This document shows, piece after piece, positions 47,424 to 56,100 of a stretch of 64,000 nt of DNA; position 1 is the stretch's first letter; the number at the start of each line of letters is the position of its first letter. This DNA comes from Elusimicrobiota bacterium (GTDB taxonomy: Bacteria; Elusimicrobiota; Elusimicrobia; F11), in contig JBGAON010000001.1 of assembly GCA_044221725.1 (NCBI GenBank), positions 335,480-399,479 of the forward strand. Direction: 5' to 3'. Both the position numbers and the translations under genes were made by a program. The notes below the pieces were generated by a model, which made no database searches, was not told the DNA's origin, and saw nothing but the letters and a program-made list of their open reading frames with translations.

Positions 47424-48982
47424 GCCAATTTCGTGCCCTCTTGGTATACGAAGAATTGTTGCGCTGTTTTCAGAACCACATGACGGCCTCGCACTTGGGA
47501 ATGGAACAGGCCTTTGAGTCGGGTTTTGGCTATTTGGCTTCGCGTCTGCGCCTCGAGCATGTGAGTTTGTTTTGGTGGGACCCTCATCGGCACGCGTTTA
47601 CCATGCAATATATTTTGCAAGACGGCGCGCTCATGGAAGGCGAGGATGAGATCGTCGTTGATGAGACAAGCGCGCTGCGTCCGTTGATTCAAGAGCGACG
47701 TCCGGTCGTTGTTTCCGAAAAGAAACCGTGGGCTGCGTTTCTACCGCTACAAATTGGAACGGAATTGTTGGGGGCGGTTCGACTGCAGCGGGCGCATCCG
47801 TTACCGAAAGGAAAAGTTTTGCTTCCGCTTTCACCGCTTATTACTCCGCTCGGTTCCCGAGCGAACGGGAATGGCAAACACTCGACAAAAGATCGGCTCA
47901 TGCCGTTTCTCGAAGACCTTGGCGACATATTCTCGATCCGATTTCATCAGTTGATTCGTGATGAAAAACACAAAAAGAAGGCCCAGGTTCTTCAAGCCAG
48001 CTCCGAAGTTGCGACCGCTGTTTTTGAGCGGCCGCGCTTGCGCGATATGTTGGAAGCGGTTTCCCGCAGCATTGTGCGAAATCTCGGGTTTGATCGCGTG
48101 CGCGTGTTTCTTGTGGACGTTGAGCAAACAAAACTCGAAGGAATTCTCGGACTGCAAATTCCCGACATGCTATTGGACATGACGGGCGAAAGTTATCCGC
48201 TGAGACCCAACACGAATTCGTTGGTTGACATGGTTCTCTCAGCAAAAGGGGCGTCGCACGTTCATCTCGTGGGGGGCCGTGTGGTTTACGTGCCGCTGAT
48301 TGTGAATAGCCAAGTGATTGGTTGTTTGGCGGCCGATAACTTGCTCAGTCAGCAATTGATAGACGAGGAGCAAATGGAAGCGCTTCGCACACTTACCGGC
48401 CAGATAGGCATGGCCGTGTTGAACGCGCGACTCTTCGAAGACATTGAACAGCAAGCGATCACGGACGGATTAACAAAGCTTTATGTGCACCGGTACTTCC
48501 AGCAGCGTCTCAAGGAAGAGATTGATCGCGCGGATCGCTACTCGTACAACATTGCTTTGATCATGATGGATGTCGATCACTTCAAGGCGCTGAACGACAG
48601 CCATGGGCATTTGATGGGCGACAAGGCGCTCGAGTATTTGTCGCAAGTGATTCGAAGCAACATTCGCCGAATCGATTTGGCCGCTCGGTATGGCGGGGAC
48701 GAGGTGGTGCTCGTTCTGCCGGAAATCACCGAACAGGAAGCGCTGCTGATGGGGGAGCGTTTGCTAAACGCAGTAAAAAAGGGAGTTCTTATTTCGTCGG
48801 ATGGGGCGAAGGTGCAAATGTCGGTTAGCATGGGTGCGGCGCTTTATTCGACGGACGCCCGCAACGCCCGGGACCTCATTGATGCGGCGGACAAAGCCCT
48901 GTTTTGGTCGAAGAAAAATGGGCGCGGCAACATCTGTTTCTACCGAACGATCCCCGCGCCGACCGAAAAAACAACGGCTTAA
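47420..48982 (+). CDS. GAF-domain diguanylate cyclase (GGDEF)
   Basis: Two GAF-like regions, then the GGDEF domain (DGLTKLYVHRYF...ALIMMDVDHFKALNDSHGHLMGDKAL...RYGGDEVVLVLP), active-site variant GGDEV. No TM segment. Confidence 0.85.
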   Translation: MSQFRALLVYEELLRCFQNHMTASHLGMEQAFESGFGYLASRLRLEHVSLFWWDPHRHAFTMQYILQDGALMEGEDEIVVDETSALRPLIQERRPVVVSEKKPWAAFLPLQIGTELLGAVRLQRAHPLPKGKVLLPLSPLITPLGSRANGNGKHSTKDRLMPFLEDLGDIFSIRFHQLIRDEKHKKKAQVLQASSEVATAVFERPRLRDMLEAVSRSIVRNLGFDRVRVFLVDVEQTKLEGILGLQIPDMLLDMTGESYPLRPNTNSLVDMVLSAKGASHVHLVGGRVVYVPLIVNSQVIGCLAADNLLSQQLIDEEQMEALRTLTGQIGMAVLNARLFEDIEQQAITDGLTKLYVHRYFQQRLKEEIDRADRYSYNIALIMMDVDHFKALNDSHGHLMGDKALEYLSQVIRSNIRRIDLAARYGGDEVVLVLPEITEQEALLMGERLLNAVKKGVLISSDGAKVQMSVSMGAALYSTDARNARDLIDAADKALFWSKKNGRGNICFYRTIPAPTEKTTA

Positions 48983-49181
48983 GAATTTCCTTCGAAACGG
49001 CGGTCAAAAGTGGTAGAAAGCCGCCGCTAAAAACAACATCCCCCTCCCTAACAAAACGCGTTGAAACGACGGGTTCTTTTGCGCCCAAAATGTTTGCAGC
49101 TTTTTAACGATTTCTTAAGGAGATCTTAAGGGAGGGTTGTCTAGAATCGAAGTAACCGATGTCGGACCTTCGGTGTCTTAG

Positions 49182-50171
49182 ATGAGTTGGATTATGGGCA
49201 TGAAACGCAACGGCGTGCATTTCTTGAAATTCCTTTTCCTCGGGCTGATGTTGAACGCGGGGATTTCGTGCACAGCATCCGCTGCTTTTCAAGAAGCTCT
49301 CTGGGGCGCTCGCCCCGCTTCTCTTGTTGGTGCCTACACCGCTCTTGCCGATGACTCAAATTCGCCCGCCTACAACCCCGCCGGAATCAGCATGCTCTCG
49401 CAGAATGAACTCACGTTTATGTACGCCCGGCTTTTCTCGGGTGTTAATTTTTATGCCGGGGAAGACACCTCGCGTTTGGGTCTCGGTTATTTCAGTTTCG
49501 CTCCAAACATTCGGGACAAGAAATACGGCAGTTACGCGATCAGTTGGAGCAATTTCGCCGCCACAAATCTTTACCGTGAAGACACTCTTACTTTTACCGC
49601 CGCCGATTCGTACCAGTTTGAATCGGTAAATTCCAAACCGATTTTATCGTATGGCGCGAATTTGAAATTCTTGCGCCGTTCGTTTTCGACCGATCAACGC
49701 ACGGACCAAGATCCCGTGTTCAAAAACGGGCGGGATTCAACAGGGGTAACACTTGATGCCGGTCTTCAATTGCGCCCGAACTGGAACGTTTTGCCCGGTT
49801 TGCGTTTCGGTTTAACCGGACAAAATTTAACCGAACCCGACATTGGTTTGGCCGCTACCGATCGCGTCCCGCTCCGCGTGGCTTTTGGCGCCGCTTACCA
49901 AGATCCGAACCTTCCGCTTTTTGGCCCCGCTGTGGAAATTTCTCAGCGCTCGGGTCGCACGCTCGTTACGGGCGCCTGGGAAACGTGGGTCTCAAAAAAC
50001 ACGCTCGCGTTTCGCGCCGGTGCGAACGCCGATGAAATCGGCGGCGGCGTGGGATATCAATTTCGTCTGCTAAGCAAAATGATGATGCGTTTCGATTACG
50101 CGATTCTGTGGCCGCTGAACATTGACGGCACCAACGGAAGTCATCGCGTGTCGATCTCAGCATCGTTTTGA
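49182..50171 (+). CDS. outer-membrane beta-barrel protein, FadL/PorV/PorP-SprF-like
   Basis: Signal peptide (alternative start ATG 49200 MKRNGVHFLKFLFLGLMLNAGISCTASA). NPAG motif (SPAYNPAGIS). C-terminal aromatic residue (...RVSISASF) typical of OM beta-barrels. ~300 aa mature. Confidence 0.55.
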   Translation: MSWIMGMKRNGVHFLKFLFLGLMLNAGISCTASAAFQEALWGARPASLVGAYTALADDSNSPAYNPAGISMLSQNELTFMYARLFSGVNFYAGEDTSRLGLGYFSFAPNIRDKKYGSYAISWSNFAATNLYREDTLTFTAADSYQFESVNSKPILSYGANLKFLRRSFSTDQRTDQDPVFKNGRDSTGVTLDAGLQLRPNWNVLPGLRFGLTGQNLTEPDIGLAATDRVPLRVAFGAAYQDPNLPLFGPAVEISQRSGRTLVTGAWETWVSKNTLAFRAGANADEIGGGVGYQFRLLSKMMMRFDYAILWPLNIDGTNGSHRVSISASF

Positions 50172-50231
50172 TCAGCAGATGAATGTTGTTCAGGCTTTGT
50201 AGAAAAGTAATTGGCTCAAAGGAGAGCAAAA

Positions 50232-51065
50232 ATGAAAAAGAAACTAGCAGTACTCGCGTTTGTCGCAACAGCGATCGGCGCATGGACGCCGTCGTGGGCG
50301 TTCCAGTTGGTTCAAATCGAAACAGTAACCGCGACGGCGGTGACAGGAGGAGCGAAGGTTGCGCGGTTTAACTTCGTTATTCGTGACGCTGCGAACGTAA
50401 ACGGCCCGAACCGTCCGAACCTCGGATGGTCCGGTGTTGATCCTCTGTCAACCCAATGGAAAATGTCAGATCAGGTTATCGTGATGGCTTCCACGGTTAC
50501 CGACGCTGCCGGTGGTATTCAGATCCACACCGACAACACGGCGGCCGATGCATCGCCGAAGTTTGTTGATCCGACCCCGGGCAACCTCATTAATCCAGAT
50601 TCGAACGCTGCCGGTTTGTTGCAGGGCACCTCGGGAGTAACGTCAACGGTTTTGCCGATGGCGTGGAGCATTAAGGACTCGTCGCGTACCGTTGAAAGTG
50701 GAACCGTCAATACCGGAATCGGCGCCGCCGATCCAAACAACGGCCCAATCACGGCGGTCTACAACACGAAGTATCAGTGGCTGTTCGTGACCGATAAATT
50801 CAACGTGCAAGGTATCGACTACAGCGGTGATGGGCTCGTAACGCCTGGTCCAAATTCTCCGGACGCCGCTCCGTTCGTGAATGGCGCCAAGTACATCACG
50901 ATGCGCAACTCGACCGGTATTCACTTCGGTCAAGCGGATGGTGAGTTTGCGTCGGTTCCTCAGGGACAAACGAACTATGTTTACTTCGAAGCCAACTTCT
51001 TGGGTTCGCAAGTGCAACAGACGTATCAAACAACGACTCTGCGTCTGGAAGCCTTCATCCAATAA
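50232..51065 (+). CDS. secreted protein sharing a C-terminal module with the 1325-aa surface protein
   Basis: Start at ATG 50232 with SD AAAGGAGAG. Signal peptide cleaved before AFQLVQIET. The region IQIHTDNTAADASPKFVDPTPGNLINPDSNAAGLL...MAWSIKDSS...YVYFEANF aligns to the last ~200 aa of 53165..57142. Confidence 0.6.
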   Translation: MKKKLAVLAFVATAIGAWTPSWAFQLVQIETVTATAVTGGAKVARFNFVIRDAANVNGPNRPNLGWSGVDPLSTQWKMSDQVIVMASTVTDAAGGIQIHTDNTAADASPKFVDPTPGNLINPDSNAAGLLQGTSGVTSTVLPMAWSIKDSSRTVESGTVNTGIGAADPNNGPITAVYNTKYQWLFVTDKFNVQGIDYSGDGLVTPGPNSPDAAPFVNGAKYITMRNSTGIHFGQADGEFASVPQGQTNYVYFEANFLGSQVQQTYQTTTLRLEAFIQ

Positions 51066-51068
51066 CGA

Positions 51069-51884
51069 TTGTTCGGAGTTTCGATCATGATTAAAACGCC
51101 AGAGTGGTGGAACCGAAAGGTTCCGCCACTCGGCGGTTTTTTCACGTTGCTTCTTTTGGCGGGTGCGCCCCCTGCGGCGCGCGCGTTCGAAATTGCGCCG
51201 TCTTACCAGTTGTTAAAGGCGCAGCCCGGGAAATCCGTGGACTCGCAATTAACATTAACGAACACCGACCAGGAAGAAATCAGCGTTGAACCAGAAGCCA
51301 AGGATTGGCAATCGCTCGAGGTGAACCGTGGGATCAAGGTGGCTGATTGGTTGTCTGTGGATAAGAAAATGTTTTTCTTGAAGCCCGGCCAATCGCGAAC
51401 CATTAAGTTCTCGGCGCGTGTGCCAAAAAATGCGCACGGCGAGCTTATGGGAATGCTTTCTTTTGCCACGAAAAAGGAATCGGCTCAATCCATCACGTTC
51501 AAACTGAGCTCAGCGGTTTATGTCGAAGTGGTTGGTACACAAAAGATCGACGCGCACGTGGACGCTATTACGATTCAATTGTCATCAAACACGCAGGTGG
51601 GATTGCTTGTGATCAATCGAGGGAACATCCATGTTCGTCCTCACTCCTACGTTCAGATTCTCAACGAAAAAAAGAGCCCGGTAGGCAACGTGGTCATTGC
51701 GCAGAATGAGCCTGTTTTCCCCGGAATACCAAAGCCAATTTTCGGAACCATTAGAAATTTTCGTTTGCCCGCGGGGACGTACACCGCACAGATTTCGATG
51801 CAAGACACGGACCACAACATGGAATTTCAGCCCGTGACAAAAAAGTTTTCGCTTTCGGAGAAAGGGGAGTTGACCGAAAAATAG
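51069..51884 (+). CDS. periplasmic hypothetical protein, possible PapD-like/Ig-fold chaperone-like
   Basis: N-terminal hydrophobic leader. Mature N-terminus AFEIAPSYQLL. Beta-strand-rich with LTLTNTDQEEISVEP and LKPGQSRTIKF, resembling pilus-chaperone N-domains. Weak. Confidence 0.3.
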   Translation: MFGVSIMIKTPEWWNRKVPPLGGFFTLLLLAGAPPAARAFEIAPSYQLLKAQPGKSVDSQLTLTNTDQEEISVEPEAKDWQSLEVNRGIKVADWLSVDKKMFFLKPGQSRTIKFSARVPKNAHGELMGMLSFATKKESAQSITFKLSSAVYVEVVGTQKIDAHVDAITIQLSSNTQVGLLVINRGNIHVRPHSYVQILNEKKSPVGNVVIAQNEPVFPGIPKPIFGTIRNFRLPAGTYTAQISMQDTDHNMEFQPVTKKFSLSEKGELTEK

Positions 51885-51890
51885 CTTTGT

Positions 51891-53165
51891 ATGAGAGACC
51901 GGAAACGTAAAAATAATTGGAGTGGCGGCTTCGCTCTGGTGCTTGGTTTGGCGCTGGCTGCTTTCTTGCGCCCTGTTTCTGCATTCCAGATTGTGCAGAC
52001 CTCCAATGTTACGTGCCGCGTGGTGATTGGCGGAGTTCCTCCGGGCAAATTGAAGTTCCAGCATAATCCTCTTCAAAAGGTTTCCCCGGTGGACGATATG
52101 ATCATTATCATGGGTCAGGCTGGTTCCGAAGTTTTACCGACCCAGCCCACGTACGAAGAGTCGCTTAAAACGAATTCGGATTTTGGGCCAGCAGAAGATC
52201 GGAAGATCCGCGTCGTTGTTCAATACCGATTTGTTCCCTCGCTCGATAATCAAGACTCCGTGCCGTTCGTAACGTCGAGCAATATCGAGGGTCCGGATCC
52301 TACACCGTTTGCTTTTCAAATTGATCCGGCGTCCGTTCAACCCGGTTTCTTCCAATATCGGTTTGTCGCAACCGGATTGAATTTCGTGAACGGGCAGCTT
52401 GTCCCGATTTCACAAACAACCGGAGAATTGTTTACGGTTGGTGTGCAGGCCAACGCAAGCCAGGTTTTCGGCCCGGCGGGCGGCACGTTTATTCTTGCGA
52501 ACGGAAACCAAGCAGTCGGCCAAACATCGTTGGCAATTCCTTCCGGTGTGTTTCGGCAGCCAACAACGGTTTCAATCGATGAGATTCCCTCGAATAGCCC
52601 CAGTGTTCCTGCTGGACTTAACAATCCAATCAGCGTGTTTCATCTTGATTCCGACGGGCCGGCACGCGGAATTTTCCAGTTATCGCTTGTGTATCCGGAC
52701 TTTGAATATCCGCGAGGTCGCGACGGGGTTGTTGATGGCACGAATATTCCGGTTCAAAACCTTTCAATCCAGTGGTGGGACGGGTTTGTGTGGCGCGGTG
52801 GCGGCGGGACAATCAACACAAAGACAAATACAATCTCGACGCGCATCAGCGCTTTGAGTTTCGTCGCAATAATGGCGGCGCCTGTGATGACGCCGGAGGA
52901 TCGGCGACCGCTGGAACGCGTGATCACACCGAATAGCGACGGCATTAACGATGTGCTCAATTTTGCGTTTGGTGATTTGGCCGAAGATGTAAAAGTGGAG
53001 ATTTTTGATGTCGGCGGTCACCGCGTGCGAACGCTTCATAGTTTGACAAACATGCAATGGGATGGTCGCGATGATGACGGCAAAGTGGTGGAAAGCGGTG
53101 TTTACATTTATCAATACGACGTCAACAGCAAACGCATCAGCGGCGTCGTCGCGGTGGCGAAATAA
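51891..53165 (+). CDS. secreted protein with T9SS type-B (gliding-motility-associated, CHU_C-like) C-terminal sorting domain
   Basis: Signal peptide cleaved before AFQIVQTSN. C-terminus ITPNSDGINDVLNF...VKVEIFDVGGHRVRTL...WDGRDDDGKVVESGVYIYQYDV matches the type-B CTD. Confidence 0.65.
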   Translation: MRDRKRKNNWSGGFALVLGLALAAFLRPVSAFQIVQTSNVTCRVVIGGVPPGKLKFQHNPLQKVSPVDDMIIIMGQAGSEVLPTQPTYEESLKTNSDFGPAEDRKIRVVVQYRFVPSLDNQDSVPFVTSSNIEGPDPTPFAFQIDPASVQPGFFQYRFVATGLNFVNGQLVPISQTTGELFTVGVQANASQVFGPAGGTFILANGNQAVGQTSLAIPSGVFRQPTTVSIDEIPSNSPSVPAGLNNPISVFHLDSDGPARGIFQLSLVYPDFEYPRGRDGVVDGTNIPVQNLSIQWWDGFVWRGGGGTINTKTNTISTRISALSFVAIMAAPVMTPEDRRPLERVITPNSDGINDVLNFAFGDLAEDVKVEIFDVGGHRVRTLHSLTNMQWDGRDDDGKVVESGVYIYQYDVNSKRISGVVAVAK

Positions 53166-56100
53166 TGGAAGCGAATAACTATTGTCGTCATTCCCGCGAA
53201 AGCGGGAATCTAGGTCTCAAGCAATTTTTTGAATTCAGGCTCAAAGCCTGGATTCCCGCTTTCGCGGGAATGACGTTATTGCTTTTGCCCGGACTGGTTC
53301 ATTCCGAAGCGACGAAGGAATATACGCGCGACGCCGGAATTTATAGCGCGAACCCGTTCAGTATCTTCACGTTCTCGTTTAGCTCGATCAACGTTGATTT
53401 TGATTCCACGTCGGACCCGAACCCGCCAGAGGGATTAAAAGTCGCGAGCACAACCGTCGCGACCCAATGGGGAGGATGGGGAATATTCAATACGACCGCG
53501 ATGGGCAACAACGTCGTTACCGATTTGAATTTTTCGGACTATGTGAACGGGCATTTGCGATTCTGGTTAAAAAGCCAAATTGCGCTTGATGTAAAGATCG
53601 AATATCAGCAGGGGTCGAATGCCGTGCAAGTTTCCAGCAGCGTGGCCAGCACAGGCAACGCGTGGAAAGAAATTGTAATTCCATTGCAGTCGGGTGGCTT
53701 TGGTCTAAACAACGGTCAGATGAACCGCATCCGTTCTCCATTTATTGTGGTGGCTCCGCAAACGACCGGCGTGCAAAAGCAATGGTTCATCGATCACGTG
53801 CGCTGGACAAAACCTGTCACGTCCATCGTTATGTATCCGCCGTCGACCACGGTTCAACAAGGTTTCCACCGCTTGTTTACCGCGGAAGGTCGCGATGCCG
53901 CGAACGAACGTGTCATTATTTACCCCACGTTCAGTGTTTCTCCGACGGTCGGAACATTTACTCCGGCTGACCCGACTCCGGTCACAGCGTCACGCTTGAA
54001 CGCGACCGGCGCGAGCGGCGTTGCAAACGCGGTTTTTTCACCGCTATCGGCGTCCTCCGTGGTCACCATTACCGGATCTCACATTAATGACGAGCTTGGG
54101 TTGCTTAGTGAAACAATCCCGTCGTCGTTGATCCTTAATACTGACAGCGAGTTGGATGTGTCCTCGGGCGGCGGCGGGACGGATCCGGTGTTATTGGATG
54201 AATCGAGCAGTGATGTACGGGAGGGCGTGCGCCGTTTTAAAACGACCATCAGCGCGCAGCCGGCGAATGGCTTTAGCGGGTGGTTTATTCAATGGAGTAC
54301 GAACGCCGCGAACACGGTGACACGCGACATGAGCAATTATTACGACGGATCGTTGCGGTTCTGGTTCAAAGGTCCGGCCGCTCTACAAAACGTACTCCAG
54401 ATTTCTGTTCGGTCCGGAAATACCGAAGCGGGCACCGAACTATCAAAAGTGAATCTCAAGAACTACGTGACGTTCGATGACACGTGGCGACCGGTTGTCA
54501 TTCCCATTTCCGATTTCACTGGTGCGCGGCCCAAAGCCGATTTGTCGCGCATGAAAATATTGTTCGGAGCTTTTGCGGTCGGTGCCGTTGGAAGCGTACA
54601 AACGTTCTATATCGATAATCTTCGCTGGGACACAAATATTCCCGGCGCGCTGGCATCGCTCACGGTGTCGCCAGCATCGGTGACGGTTCCGCTTTCAGCG
54701 AAACGCCAATTCGTCGCCAAAGGCTTCGACGCGAACGGCGTGTCCGTTGACATCTTCCCAACATGGACAATCACCGGTGGCATCGGTTCGGTAAACCCAT
54801 CGCAGGGGGCCATCACGCAATTGACCGCCGCCAGCTCCGCGCAATCGGGAACTCTCAAAGCCAGTCAAGGAGCGGTATCAGCGACCGCGTCGGTAAACGT
54901 GGCCGATGTTCAATGGGTGCAGTCGTTCAACGTGTATTCGGACAATGGGTCTGGCGGATTTGTTGGAGTTGCTAAGGGAACGAACAACGGCACCGTGATG
55001 AATTTGAGCGAGCAAAATTTGGGCGCGGGCGTGGCGCCCGAAGGAAAATTTGTGCGCCAATCGAACTACACACTCGTTAACAATCCGAATCTTCAAGACG
55101 CGTTCGCGATTTGGTTCACCAACGCGGACGCGGGCACCGGCTCGCGCTTCATGCATTACTTTGATACGGGCTATCTTTATTTTTGGGTACGCACGACTCA
55201 GGACCTACAAATCTCGATTCGCTCCGCCAACATAACAGCGGGGAACGAGCGTTCGAAATTTCGATTGAGTGAGCTTGGTGTTCCGCTCGACAACAATTGG
55301 CAGAAAGTGGTGATCGCGCTTGCCGATTTCAAGAACCGCGAACCGCTTTTGGATTTTGACCAGATTCAAACGTATTTCGCTATCGGCGCCGTGTCGTCGC
55401 AGATTGGGCCTGTTACGAACCAAACGTTTGACGTCGATGATGTGAAATGGCTCACGAACAATCCGGGCCAGCCCGACGACAACAAGATTTACATTGGTCT
55501 CAAAGAGAAACAGGCCGCGGGGGGGCTTGTGCGGTCGTTCGATACGTTGCTCGATGCGTACACCTACGATCAGGCGCTTGCCGCTATGAATTACACGTAC
55601 CGAAAGGACGTGGCGTTATCCAAAAAAGTTTTTGACGTTTATAAATATGTCCATGATAATTACGGCGGTACCTTCAGCGGTTTTCACGAGGATTACAACA
55701 TCAATTCGGCGGTGGGCGGGTACACGGTGCTGAATAGCAGTCGCGTCGCCGGGCCAAACGCTTGGATTCTTCTCGCGATGATTCATTACCGGAATGTAAC
55801 GGGTTCCACCGCGTACGACACGGTGATTAACGACGTGGCGGCGTGGTTGCGCGGATTGCAGGGGGCTGACGGTGCTGTGCAGTTTGGGCGTGTAAATTCG
55901 ACATTGATCACTCTTAAATCCACCGAACACAATTTCGATGTGGTGGCCGCGTTTCGCGCGTACGCAAAAATGAGTGGCAACAGTGCGTACAACAGTTACG
56001 CGGACGCCGCGCGCAATTGGCTTCAGACACAAATGTACGTTCCCGCCCAGCAACGTTTTAACGTGGGCACGTACGCGAACGGAACCACAAACACGGATCG

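Noticed and set aside
53165-53272. Annotated N-terminus MEANNYCRHSRESGNLGLKQFFEFRLKAWIPAFAGMT of the 1325-aa protein
   Set aside because: It is the translation of the 88-bp palindromic repeat element (SRESGN and IPAFAGMT arise from the two inverted arms), so it is probably non-coding or an inserted element, with the true start downstream.
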